From the human T2T-CHM13v2.0 reference genome, Homo sapiens: a stretch of 64,000 nucleotides of DNA. The position numbers were made by a program, and so were the translations under genes. Below the pieces are notes generated by a model. That model saw only the letters and a program-made list of their open reading frames with translations. It searched no databases and was not told where the DNA came from. How positions within the stretch are numbered: the stretch's first letter is position 1; each line of letters starts with the position of its first letter. The DNA lies in NCBI RefSeq assembly GCF_009914755.1, contig NC_060945.1. One strand, 5' to 3'. Shown one piece after another: positions 42,868 through 56,460 of the stretch.

Positions 42868-44057
42868 TTAAGCAGAAAACAGAAAATACATGTCAGTGCC
42901 TTCTTAGATGGTTAACACGTAGATGGTAAACCCAGGGTCACTGTAGCTGAGAAGTATTAATATTTAGGGTCTGTTGTCTAAGGCGGATTTCCAGAAATGC
43001 CTCTCAGGCTCTATCCAATGCATACATTTTTTTCATATTCCTTGGAATCTGGGAACCTTCGCTTTCTCTAGATTTTAGATTTCTATCCCAGTGTTTCTGG
43101 TTGTGGGATCCACGCCAATGAAGCCTCATTTATCTCCTCCACTTCTTGTTAGTTGGAGTTCTGCAGAGAACTTGGACAATCAAAAAACTATGGGCTTGGC
43201 ATGGATGTGAACTTCAAGTCTAAGGAGGTCAAAACCATCTGAGGCAGGAGCGCACTTTCTGAGTGGGGTGAGATGGAGAAGGTCATTCCACACCTGAAAG
43301 CCATAGCTGGGATGTGGACAGGAAGGGAAAGTGTTTGTTCAGCATGTGGGAACTTGAAAATATAGGTTTGTTCTCAGCATCACTTACAAATGTGTCTGAA
43401 GCCTATGGAGGGATCTTAGGTGTTGGCAGTGAAGAGGGTACACTGCCATCTGCGGATGGAGGTTACAGTCAGGGTCACGCAGGACTCAGGCCCTAACATG
43501 GGCCTGGAATGCACAGCCCTGCCTGATGGCATCCTCACAGCTGTGCTAACATGAAGGAAATTTTAAAATAATAATGGTCTGAGTTCCCATGAAGTAGATC
43601 CTGAATATTTCCACCGCTGCCTACACATGCATTATTTCCTCTTGATGCTATTTTTCCTGGCTTCACACATTTATCTCTAAAAGACCCATCCTAATATGAA
43701 AACACAGAGTGTCTTCACTTAGACTGAGTTTCCTATTCCTCTGGAAAATTCCATCAGTTGAGTAGAGTGTATATGTTTTGGTATATTTGTCTCAAGGAGA
43801 GAAGTTACCAGGGAAGAGAAGTTAGAGGGATTAGGTTCTTTAGGAAAAAGACTTTGCCCAGATGATGTGAGTAACTCAAGTAACAACTATAAAATCTAGA
43901 CAACCTTTGTTCAGATTCAATCATTCACTCATCCATTTAGACAGCTGTTATCAAGTGCCGGCCGTATACCAGGTCCCATCAATTCTTTCTTCTCCAACAA
44001 CGCAGTTAACAATTTGAAAAGTAAAAGATCAAAGAGATGTATAAAATTATAGAAACA

Positions 44058-44352
<295 letters not shown>

Positions 44353-44509
44353 ATTATAGAAACAGGGGACATTGAGGATTTTGAACCCTTCAGACCAACC
44401 CCTTTTTCATTTTCTTTTAGTTCTTTCTAGTTTAATTTTCATATCCGAGGACAAGAACTCTAGGCATAGATCACAAGAGTTTCTCTGTGACATTAAAGTA
44501 GATCCTTCA

Positions 44510-44782
44510 GGCTGGTTGCGGCAGCTCATGCCTGTAATCTCAGCACTTTGGGAGGCTGAGGCAGGCAGATCACTTGAGGCTAAGTGTTCGAGACCAGCCT
44601 GGCCTCCCAAGTAGCTGGCATTACAGGCGCCTGCCACCACGCCTGGCTGATTTTTGTATTTTTAGTAGAGACGGGGTTTCACCATGTTGGCCAGGCTGGT
44701 CTCGAACTCCTGACCTAAGGTGATCCTTCTGCCTTGGCTTCCCAAGGTGCTGGGATTACAGGCGTGAGCCACTTCACCCAGG
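44510..44782. mobile_element. Fused inverted Alu pair: plus-strand Alu 5' ~95 nt joined to minus-strand Alu 5' ~180 nt
   Basis: ...agaccagcctggcc switches to gcctcccaagtagctgg (reverse Alu) at 44602-44604. Confidence 0.88.
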
Positions 44783-45069
44783 TTTCTCTTGCAAATTTTA
44801 ACAGCAAAAGAGTAGCCTTAACATGTTTGGGATCTGTTTTGGAAGCTTAATAGTTATCAGTCTTCACCACAGCGAACTGTGTTGCTGGCATTGTCTCCAC
44901 TTTCCAGAGGTGTGAACTGAGTACTCAAAACACAAGGGGCTGGCTCCAGGAGTCACAGCCAGGAGGAGGTAGAATGAGACTTCAGTGCGGGTGGCCCGAA
45001 CTCTCCATCCCTGCTTCTTAACCCTGAACAGAATGACTCCACAAAGTAAAGGCAAGACAATGTCTTTTC

Positions 45070-46066
45070 AAAGGTAACTAGATCTTCATTTCAGGAAGGC
45101 ATCAGGGACTCCCTGACCCATACACTACTCTGGTTTAAGGTGTACACTAAAGCACTCATCCTGACATACTCTCCTACCCTGGGACTGTTCATTCCCTGAA
45201 AAGCATGTGCATGACACAAACAGGGCACATATACAAGATGCAAATAAGAAAGAGGAGTGATTCCTGGAGAAGAAAAGAATTTTCAGAGATATCTGCTTTA
45301 CTTAAGAAAAGGACGCCAGGCACAGTGGCTCACGCATATAATCCCAGCATTTTGGGAGGCCAAGATAGGTGAATTGTTTTAGCTCAGGAGTTCAAGACCA
45401 GCCTGGACAACATGAAAAATGTGTTTACAAAAAATACAAAAATTAGTCGGGCATGGTGTGCACCTGTAGTCCCAGCTACTCAGGAGGCTCAGGTGGGAGG
45501 ATCACCTGAGCCTGGGGAGGTTGAGACTGCAGTGAGCTGAGATCATGCTACTGCACTGCAGCCTGGACAACAGAGCAAAACCGTGTCTCAAAAAAAAAAC
45601 AAAAGAGAGAAAAAAAGAAAAGGAAATTTTATCACAATTCAGAGAACTGAAAAGTGTTCATTTGAAAGTCTCACTATAAATACATTTCTAGCTCTGTGCC
45701 CAAGAAAAGATCCACACTGCACAAATGTGTGTCTTGATTACTCCACTGCAACCCCACCTTCACCAGGCATTCCGAGGCTCACACATCGCCGGGAAAAAGT
45801 TCCCGCAAACAGCTTGGTATGTCACCTGCACCAAGCGCTGCCCAGCATAGAGGACCACGTGTTCTCCATTCTCACATGATAAGGATTTGGACGTTCAATG
45901 CATTGTTTTATTGTGCACATGACAAAGAGTATGCTGTGCAGGGAATGAACAGTCCTGAAGTAGGACAGTGTGTCAGGATGAGTGCTGCAATGTACACTTT
46001 AAACCAGAGTAGTGTATGGGTCAGGGAGTCCCTGATGCCTTCCTGAAATGAAGACTAGTTACCTTT
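45070..46066. repeat. Long non-Alu inverted repeat, arms 45070-45206 and 45931-46066
   Basis: Manual reverse-complement alignment: 12 mismatches and 1 indel over ~137 bp. Confidence 0.92.
45314..45620 (+). mobile_element. AluJ
   Basis: ggtgggaggatcacctgagcctggggaggttgagactgcagtgag; TSD aagaaaagga. Confidence 0.88.
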
Positions 46067-46299
46067 TAAACATACACATACTTTTAAACATACACATACT
46101 TGCATATGTGTGTTGCAGCAGTTCCTGAGAATATTCTCAGGCTATTCAGCAGGTGCCTGTCAAACAGATAATCATTTAGTAAATATTAAATGTATCTGTC
46201 TTTTTGTTTGGGGTGGAAATTTCTTTATTGCAAATAAGCGTGGTTCAAGATATTGCTCTCACAGACTCCTTTGAGGACAAACAAAAATCATTTTGTCTT

Positions 46300-47922
46300 T
46301 TTATTTAATTTAAATAGTTTTGGGGGAACAGGTGGTGTCTGGTTACACGAATAAGTTCTTTAGTGGTGATTTCTGAGATTTTGTTGCACCCATCACCCAA
46401 GCAGTAAACACTGTACCCAGTGTGCAATCTTTTCTCCCTCACCCACTCCCATGCTTCCCCCAGAGTCCCCAAAGTCCACTGTATCATTCTTATGCTTTTG
46501 TGTCCTCATAGCTTAGCTTCTAGTTATAAGTGAGAACACACAATATTTGGTTTTCCATTCCTGAGTTACTTCGGTTAGAATAATGGTCTCCAACTCCATC
46601 CAAGTTGCTGCAAATGCCATTTTCTTCCTTTTCATGGGTGCATAGTATTCCATGGTGTGTGTGTGTATATACACACACGCATATATACACATATACCCAC
46701 ACATATACATATGTATATATGTACATATACACATATATGTATATCTACATATGCACACATATACATATATAATATGTACACATATACATATATATGTACA
46801 CATATACACATGTACATGCGCACATATAAACATGTGTGTATACATGTATACACGTGTACACATGTACATATACACATATGTGTATATACATGTATACACA
46901 TGTACATATATACATATGTGTATATACATGTATACACATGTACATATATACATATGTGTATATATACATGTATACACATGTACATATATACATATGTGTA
47001 TATATACATGTATACACATGTACATATATACATATGTGTATATATACATGTATACACATGTACATATATACATATGTGTATATATACATATATACACATG
47101 TACATATATACATATATGTGTATATATGTATATATGTGTGTATACATGTATATGTGTGTGCATATATGTCTATATATATGTGTGTATATATATATACACA
47201 CACACACACACACCACATTTTCTTTATCCACTCATTGGTTGATGGGCATTTAGGCTGGTTCCACATTTTTGCAATTGCGAATTGTGCTGCTATAAACATG
47301 CATGCGCAAGTGTCTTTTTCATTTCCTCTGGGTAGATAACCAGTGGTGGGATTGCTGGATCAAATGGTAGTTTTACTTCTAATTTTCCATACTGTTTTCC
47401 ACAGTGGTTGTACTAGTTCCATAGTGGTTGTACTAGTTTCCATGCTGTTTTCCATAGTGGTTGTACTAGTTTACATTCCCATTGGCAGTGTAAAAGTGTT
47501 CCCTTTTCACCATATCCATGCCAACATCTATTTTTTTTTTATTTTTAATGATGGCCATTCTTGCAGGAGTAAAATGGTATCACCCTGTGGTCTTGATTTG
47601 CATTTCCCTGATAACAAGTGATGTTGAGTGTTTTTTCATGTTTGTTGGCCATTTGTATTTCTTCTTTTGAGAATTGTCTATTCATGTCCTTAACCCATTT
47701 TTTGATGAAATTATTTATTTTTTTCTTGCTGATTTGTTTGAGTTGTCGATTCTGGATATTAGTCCTTTGTCAAATGCATAGTTTGCAAATATTTTCTTCC
47801 ACTCTGTGGGTTGTCTGTTTGCTGATTATTTCTTTTGCTGTGAAGAAAGTTTTTGGTTTAACTAAGTCCCATCTATTTATCTTTGTTTTTGTTGCATTTG
47901 CTTTTGGATTCTTGGTCATGAA
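46300..47922 (-). mobile_element. L1PB-like LINE-1 3' portion (3' UTR and ORF2 end)
   Basis: ggggaacaggtggtgtctggttacacgaataagttctttagtggtgatttctgag 3' end; degenerate ORF2 C-terminal peptide MAFAATWMELETIIL and MFIAAQFAIAKMWNQPKCPS. Confidence 0.9.
46655..47212. repeat. Compound TA/CA/TG micro/minisatellite with a 40-bp unit, inside the L1
   Basis: tatatacatgtatacacatgtacatatatacatatgtgta perfect x4 at 46921-47080 plus degenerate flanking copies. Confidence 0.95.
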
Positions 47923-48209
47923 CTGTTATTCTCAAATTTACATTTTCAGTTCCAGGTTCTATTTGTCACCCACAGACATTAGTCTTGACAGTCCTATGCA
48001 ATATGTGGCATCAACAAGAGTAAACAGGAGCTGGGAAGACAGATACTTCCCTCTGCTCACAGCAGCAGAAATTCCACATTAGCCAGGGGGCCCCAAGAGG
48101 TGGGGGGCTGGTTCAGAATTCTGAGAAAGAACTGAACAATAGCCCAATGGCTGGGATATTAAAAAGCCAGCCATAACACCTCACAACTCCCTAGCAACAC
48201 CCTTGGGGC

Positions 48210-48284
48210 CACACAGCCTCAAACTCCTGAGCTCAAGCAATCCTCCTTGGTTCAGCCTCCCTATGAATAGCTGGGACTACAGGC
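48210..48284 (-). mobile_element. AluJ fragment
   Basis: cagcctcaaactcctgagctcaagcaatcctcc...tagctgggactacaggc. Confidence 0.7.
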
Positions 48285-49538
48285 CACACTCCTTGAGGAG
48301 TGTAACCTCTGCAGCAATCTCACACTTTTCCATGGCATTTGGTCATAACTGTGGTCACTCACAGGAACACAGAAATAGTGTAGGAAGACAACCAAACATT
48401 CATGATGGAAATAAAAAAAACCAGAATGCTGGTGTCCTTCTTCTAGTAACTGGAGACGTGCCCAATGAAACTGGCTTGTTGAGCTTCAAACAATAATCTC
48501 CCTTAAACAGCAGTTGGAGAATTAAGTTCTAATCATTTAAAATCATGAGCACTGACTTCTTAAAACATACTAGTATTCTGAATTAATGAGAAAAGGACAC
48601 GGCAAAGAATATCAAATACATTGGAAATTTTGTTAAATTTGAGTTAAGGAGAGAAGGCAGACACGTTGCTAAGCCCAGTTGGGTTCTCATAGGGTTACTG
48701 AATCAGAGGGCTGGAAGAAGCCCCATTTTCAAGCCCCCAGACATGACTGTCTGGAAACCACTTGGATGAACAAGAGTTTAGCTTCGTTAACAGTTTTTTA
48801 GGGAGGGGCTTCGTAATTTTCCTCTGCAACTCCAGAGTTCTATTTATAAATATGTATAGTGGTTTTAAATAGCCATTATTCCCCTACCTGTGTGCAAGCT
48901 ATGTGAAGTTTGGGGTGGCTTATAAAAATACATATAAGACAAAATGATAACATAAATAATTAACAGAATAAAAATGAGGAAACAAGGGCCAAAAAGGAAT
49001 TAAGAGATGAAAGCAGCCCACTGAGTAAGCTTACTATTTATCCTGCTGAGGTAGGATACCAATTCAACTCTGAGCTTTCTACTAGCCAAAGCAAAGACAC
49101 AAGTGCATCTGATGACAAGGTTTGAGGTATTAATAAGCTACATACAAACCAGTTATTCAGCAGAAATAAAGCTCTCCCTGGGTTAAGCTTTGAGAGTTTT
49201 TCTCGGGGCTTCTCATGAAGAAAACTGGATTATGCAGTAAACAATATCGTTCCCAACATCTCATAATACATCTAAGACCATCCCGCACCGTGCCAGGCGT
49301 AGCTGGTGGCAGAGCAGGACGCTCCCTGCACACAGTGCTCACATGCTGCAGCCACAGAGGATGAGAGACGGCATGTCCCCAGCCTCTCCTCCTTACTGGC
49401 TGCCATTGGAAAGATCAGACCTGTCAGAGAAGTCAATGCAAAAACATGAAAAAAACGTGTAATTAAAAAAGGAGAAAACCTTGAGAGATGCAGTGTTATA
49501 CATGCCTCTAGTTTCATAACTCCCAAATTTCTAGATTT

Positions 49539-49838
<300 letters not shown>

Positions 49839-50154
49839 AAACCCCTAATTTCTAGATTTTAAATTCAAATTTACCAACACTAAATAGGGTCATGTTTATG
49901 TCTCCCAAGAGCACCAAATGCACTGTGGGTAAACAAATCTTTCCAGGCCTCAGTTGGTTAATCTTCCAACCAGTATTTCACTGTTGACTAATGATGAGCA
50001 TGGCTCCAGACTCTTTCCACGTGTTTATGTTATAATAAACATATGGATAAAGCATTTAACATGGTGCCTGGCACATGACCACGCCAGGTGTCAGCTATTG
50101 CTGTTAGTTCATTTCATCTGCACATCTCCATGACAGAAATACTCGAAAGCAGGA

Positions 50155-50290
50155 GCCTTGTTACAGATGAAGCACAGAGAGGTTGGATAACTTGCCCAAG
50201 ATCACACAGCCAGTAGTGGAAGAATTGGGATTTGAACCTAGATAGTCATGGTCTCGACTCCAAGTACTTCACTGCCCCACTCTATGCCCT
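50155..50290 (-). mobile_element. MIR SINE
   Basis: ttacagatgaagcacagagaggttggataacttgcccaagatcacacagccagtagtgga...gggatttgaacc. Confidence 0.8.
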
Positions 50291-53200
50291 TGCTTGGTAA
50301 ATCCGTGTGAGGAGTCTTTCATAGACCTAAAGCACCATTGAATGGATCCTCAGAAAACTTAATTTCATCACTATTAAGTATTCTAAAAGAACATCTTCAG
50401 AGTGGCCCTGAAGACAGTCATGGATGAGGGTTACAGACGTGAGCTGAGCAGGGCAGCCACGAAGGAGCAAGGCAGGGCCCCGTGGGAGACTTGGAAGGTG
50501 GCAATGTTTATGTCGAGATATAAATAGGTTTTGATAAGTTTGGTCTAAAAGAAATAGTCATCTCAATTTGCAGTTAAGCGTTCTATGCTTCTCCCCAAAA
50601 CTTCATTGCTGTGCCCAGCAGGGTGCATGTTTTACACAGATGATGGGCAAACATTCTTAAGTGCAAAAGGAAACCAGACAAAAAGTCCCCATGACGAGAC
50701 AGCCGAGTGGGAGTGCATCTGACTCTGACTGCAGGCCCAAAAAGATGGAGGTGAGGACCAGGACAGGAGCTGGACCACTGGGGAGGCAGTCAATCTAATT
50801 TTTTAAGATTAAATAAAATAAGTCCAAGATGAAAGCCTCCTTGAGCTGTCGTCCATACATAATACCCCTTAAACAAAAAAAAAGCGGGGTTGGTGGTGGG
50901 GACTAATATTACTGAAAAAACATACTGAGAAATGTAAAATTTGGTCTTTAGTCTTTGAAAAACAAAATAAACTTGGCATCTGACTTTGGTTTTCTCACAT
51001 CAGAGTCTACTTACAGCGAGGCAATTTCCGTCATGGAAAGAACCCGCAATGAAATGGCACAGCCGTGGCCATTAGCTTGACAAGCATGGAGCCTCAGCCC
51101 TTGTGAGTGTGAATGGGCCTCATTTATCCAAGAACGGCACTGAATACATCCCAGAGGGGCAGCCCCAAGCTCGCTGGCCACATTAAATCTGATTCACCCT
51201 CACTTCAGAACACTTAGCAGGGGCCCACTCCTTGGAGAAAGTCCAAGGCAAGTCAGAATGTAATTGCGGAAATCAATATGTCTTCTTCTTTGAGTCAGTG
51301 GAGGCAAACCCGCTAATCCTGTCGAAAATCTACCTATTCTTCTAGAGCCATCCTCCTTCCTAATCCTCTGAATTCCTCTTGCACCTGGACACGACTTTCC
51401 AGCCCCTTGTTCTCCATCACATGCTGGTGAAATGTCCCCGAACTCTTCCAAAGCTTTCTCCCTCCTGCTACCAGAGTGCTCTCCCCCAAACAGAAATGCA
51501 AGCTGCCCATGTCCAACCTAACCCCCATCATGGCCCAGAGCCCCTCCCTAGATTCTCCTCAGTGATCTGGCTCTGGAGCCCCTCAATTCACTCATTTGTT
51601 TAGCAAATATCTGTGGAGCATCTTTCTAGGCCAAGCACTGCCCCAGGTACTGGAGTTATATCAGTGTCTCTATTAACATGGGGCTGGCATTTGAGTAGCC
51701 AAAGCCCCTCTCCCCAACTCCATGTGCTCTGTGCTCAAAGACCACATTCCACATCACCCCCTAGTCTCTTCCCTTCAGGCCTTCACTTTTGCTACTCCCT
51801 CTGCCTTCAAGGCCTATGACCACCTGATACCTGCCCTATTCACCTGTTCACCACCTGGTACCTGCTCTATTCACCTGTCCATGCTCACCTCTAGGTTCTC
51901 TACAAGCCTTTCCTGGGCCGCCAGAGAGGAATGTCTCCCTTCCAATTGCACCATTCTCTGTATTTTCTCAGTAAGTGTCTGCAGGATGAGTGAGTACATT
52001 TATGAATGAATCTTCCATTTAAATATTGAGTTCCTTATCTCATACCTGCAGTGCAAGAGAAAGCCCCTCGTGTTGCAGTCAGAAAACCATTGCTGACCTT
52101 GGTTGACCTTAGATGGGTCACCTAACCTTTCGAGGCTCAACTCCTTCATTCATAAAAATGAATGGATGCTTTCTTGAGGTTGCTGTGAGGACATCCCTGA
52201 GATGATGCCTGTGAAGAAAGTCTGCAAACTGTGAAGCACTATACAGATTAACACAGCAACATACTGCATGTGCATGGCTGTGCATGCGTGTATGTGGGTG
52301 TAAATGTGAGGCTTTTTGTTCTTGGCAACTGTTCATAACTGTACCTCGGTGAACTCTTAGGTAGGTCAGGAAGCTAAGGTTTACTATTGTGCAGTGTTCA
52401 GCATGCAACTGCTTTTTGGAATGTCACTGTCTTTCTGAATGTTCCTTTTGGTTTATTAGGTTAGTTCACATTAAGAAGAACTTGGTGAGGAAGCCACATG
52501 GAAGAAATGGAAAGGCTTTCTTTGGCAGCTCTACCCTAAGAGGGCAAAGGGGTCAGTTCTGCGAGAGAACCCCCACAAGGAGGCTGGCCCGGGACAAGCA
52601 TTCCAGGCCTGTCTCAAGTCTGAATACAAATAAATCCCTTCTCAGGTGGTTTTCTTCATAAGGATCCTAAAAGCATATACTTAGTCCTAATCGACTGAGC
52701 AAGCTCCTAATCAAGTTTCATAGTGTGAATCGAGGTCAGTCACCACAAAAGGTATTTTTAGGACCCCAGACAAGGAGGGGATTGTCTGGAGCGCTGCAGG
52801 GTAATTTGTGGGTCTGTTTTATTTCTGAATCAGAGGCAGTGGAAAAGCTGTTTCAGACCCCATGGCTGGAGCAGCGGGTGGAGCTCAGCAGTGATTCATG
52901 TAGAACTCCGGGCTCAAACTGAAACCGTAGATGTTTGTCTTCACAGCTGTGTGTTATTTTTACCCTTACTAAATATTCTCTCTTACACCTGGAATTTCAG
53001 CCTCTTCCCAACAGTCCTGTTCCTTCCCCCTTCCCTGAAGCAGTTGAAGACAAAATTAATTAAAAAGTCACCACCAGCTCACCAACAGTTAGTTCTTTGT
53101 CCCCTTAAAGGGGCTCGATGTTTCCCTGAGAAAGTTTCATTATTTAAGTTTATATTTCTCTTTACAGCCAAAAACGAATGCCAGCAAGACCGTGTTGCTT

Positions 53201-53457
53201 TTAGATCTTGAAAACTGGAGGGAAATGCACCATTTTGGGATTCATCATTTGAAAACAAAATGTTCTGTAGCATAAGATCTCTACAAGCAGTTACATGACA
53301 AAGATCAGATGTGACATCTTTTCTATCTTGTGCACGTCTTTTAATTTGTCTGAAAGACTCCTTTTTCAGAGAAGAAAGGATTGAGCCCAATAGCCAGTAT
53401 GGTGCTTCATGTTTTTATAACAGGCCAGGTGAATCCTGGTAACCAAAACAATTTTAC

Positions 53458-53695
53458 TTTCTTTTTTTCTTTTTTTTTTTTTTTTGAGACGGAGTTTTGC
53501 TCTTGTTGCCTAGGCTGGAGTGCAATGGCGCGATCTCAGCTCACTGCAACCTCCGCCCCCACTGGGTTCAAGCGATTCTCCCGCCTCAGCCTCCGGGATT
53601 ATAGGCACCTGGCTAATTTTTTTTTTAATATATATTTTTAGTAGAGATGGGGTTTCACCATGTTGGCCAGGCTGGTCTCGAACTCCTGACCCACC
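53458..53695 (-). mobile_element. AluS with internal deletions
   Basis: gagacggagttttgctcttgttgcc...ggctggtctcgaactcctgacc. Confidence 0.85.
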
Positions 53696-54325
53696 TATTA
53701 TTTTTAAAATGTGATTGTTTTGGAAACACCTGGTGAGGTTAATGTAAAGGTGAGTGCAGGTGAACTGACCTGATGTGATAAAGTAAGATAGTAATAAATG
53801 TTTCTAAAATGTGTAACATATACAAAAAATCAAAATGCAGTTGGCACTTGGATTTGGTGCATCTTGTCACTGCTTGTCTGACACGTGGAGAGAACCTTGC
53901 TATCCCTCTCAATGCAGGAAAGACGTTCAGCTTCTTCTAAGAAGCCCTGAGGGAGTGAAGAAGAGTCCAGGCCTGTGGTCAAATGGCCAACTTTCACTTT
54001 CACTAACTTTCACTTGAGCAAGTGACGAAAACTTTTGGAAACTCAGTGGTCATCCGTAAATGTGAATAATCATAATAATGTCATCTCATAGATGTTTGAG
54101 AAAACTGGACAATATGTTGTATACCAAAATCTATTAATAAATCATGTGGGTTTTAGAAATATGGGTTAATATTATCCCTTTCAGGGTCTTTTTCTCCTGC
54201 CCAGGTAGAGTTGATGGTACCCTCATATCTGTTATTGCTGGGCCCTGAACATCGCTCTGTACTGAATGTGTCTTATGATCTCACAGAATCTTTTTCACCT
54301 TTGGTAGACCATGAGCTCCTCTTAG

Positions 54326-54638
<313 letters not shown>

Positions 54639-54724
54639 AGCTTCACTTAATTCTTAATCCATCTCCATCGAAGCTAACACAGTCCATGATGCAGATTAAA
54701 CACTAAATACACGTTGGTTTCCTG

Positions 54725-54940
54725 CAGCATTTGTCAACTTCGACACTAGTGCCACTCGGAGCCAGGTCACTCTTTGGACAGGTGGGGGTGGGGGCTGCAG
54801 GGGCGCTGCCCTGTGTACTGCAGGATGTCCCCGGCCTCTACCCACCAGACACCAGTAACACCTCCCAGCTGTGACCAGCAGAAACACGAGCATTGGCAAA
54901 TGCCTCTGGGGGCCACATCACGATGGTTGAGAACCACTGG
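54725..54940 (+). mobile_element. MER20 hAT DNA transposon
   Basis: ctgccctgtgtactgcaggatg..ccccggcctctacccaccagacaccagtaacacc...ggttgagaaccactg. Confidence 0.8.
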
Positions 54941-55159
54941 GCTAATGAATTAAGATCCACTGAGCTCAGGCAAGGAGGCAAGAGCCTCTTGTTTTACCTG
55001 GTGTTTATTAGAGAGAAGTTCCTGTCCCCAGTGTCTGGGGTGATGCTTAAAAGGGGCCCTTAAAGGGGCCTCTATGCTCATGAGGATTCCTAGTTATGGT
55101 TTGTCCGTACCTTGTTTGGGGTACATTCCCCAAGCCTTGGCCCATCCTCGCTTCCTCTT

Positions 55160-55886
55160 TTCCTCATGCCATATGTCCAACCCATCAGCAAAGCACGTTA
55201 ATTCCACCTTCCAACTATACCCAGGATGCGACTGCCTCTCCCACCCTCCCTTGCTACCACTCTCACCCACTCTCACGCAGATGTCTCCCATCCTACACCC
55301 ACATTTTCTCAGGAAGACTTCAACACAGGAGCCAGAGAGGCCCTGCAAAATCTAAGTAACACTATATCCCTCCTTTGCCTCAAGTCCCCTAATGATTTCT
55401 GAACTCACCAGAAAGTCAAAGTCAAAGTCCGGCAATGGCCCCACGGGCTCTCCAAACTCATCATCTATTACTCTTCTTCTTGGACACTAAACAGCAGCCA
55501 CGATGGCCTGCTTGTTGTCCTCGAACACCTCAAGCTGACCTCAGGGCCTTTGCATTTAGCATTCCCTCCTCTTGGAATATTTTCTGCTGTTTAATCACGG
55601 GCCTTCTCCCTCAACTGCCTTTGCAGCTTTACTCAAACATCACTTTTTTGTGATCTTCTCCAGCCACCTTCTTTAGAGCTGCCATCCGCTTCACGTCTTT
55701 ATTTTTCTCCTTAGCATTTACCATGATCTAACCTGCTGTGTTTTCATAAGTGGTCTGATGTCATGACCATCTTCACTGCTAGAAAGTGAACTTAGTGAGG
55801 CAAAACTTTTTTGTATATTTTATCACTCTATCCCAAGAGACTAGGAAAGTAGGTGCTCAATAAATATTCATTGAATGAATGAATGA
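55160..55886 (+). mobile_element. L2a 3' portion
   Basis: cctcagggcctttgcat...; terminal gtaggtgctcaataaatatt..tgaatgaatgaatga. Confidence 0.8.
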
Positions 55887-56280
55887 CTCCACGCATAAAC
55901 AGTATGTCTAAGGCCCTGATGGACCCAGCAGATACTCCCTACTTTTTCTCATCTCCATCACATGACAAATGGCATGTTTTTTAAATAACATCTATAAAAC
56001 ATCCTGCTATCTGACCCGAGGCTGGAGTTATTCATGGCATGCAATGAATCTATCCCAGAGAGAGGCAAGGCCCAGATAGCATTGTCTCTCGCTGCACAGG
56101 CCCAGCTGGGCAAAGCGCCAATGTGGCGGGAGGGAAGGAGGTATTTCTCAACTCAGGCAAGGACTTCTGGGGAACAACCCCACCTCCGCGTAGATCCTCC
56201 CAGATCATTCGCTGGGTGGGTCACCTTTACCCAGCTGCTGGGCTTTCTCATTTTTCATCTCCTTGGATCGTGCAACAGAG

Positions 56281-56460
56281 CAGTGGTTCTCAGACTACCA
56301 GGCATCGGAATCCCGCAGAGGGCTCCTTCAAACACAGCGTGCTGGGCTGCCACCCAGGTCTCTTCCGATTCTAGGGCAGGGCCTAAGAAGCCGCATCTCA
56401 AACAAGCTCCCAGGTGGAGGTGATGCTGCTGGTCCCGGAGCCCACGCTGAGAATCACCAC
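56281..56460. mobile_element. MER5A DNA transposon
   Basis: cagtggttctca...aacaagctcccaggt..ggtgatgctgctggtcc...tgagaatcac. Confidence 0.75.

Noticed and set aside
46513-47339. Several 170-216 aa ORFs rich in Y/I/H/M/C/T/V on both strands
   Set aside because: Artefacts of the stop-poor TA/CA repeat plus degenerate L1 ORF2 sequence; not genes
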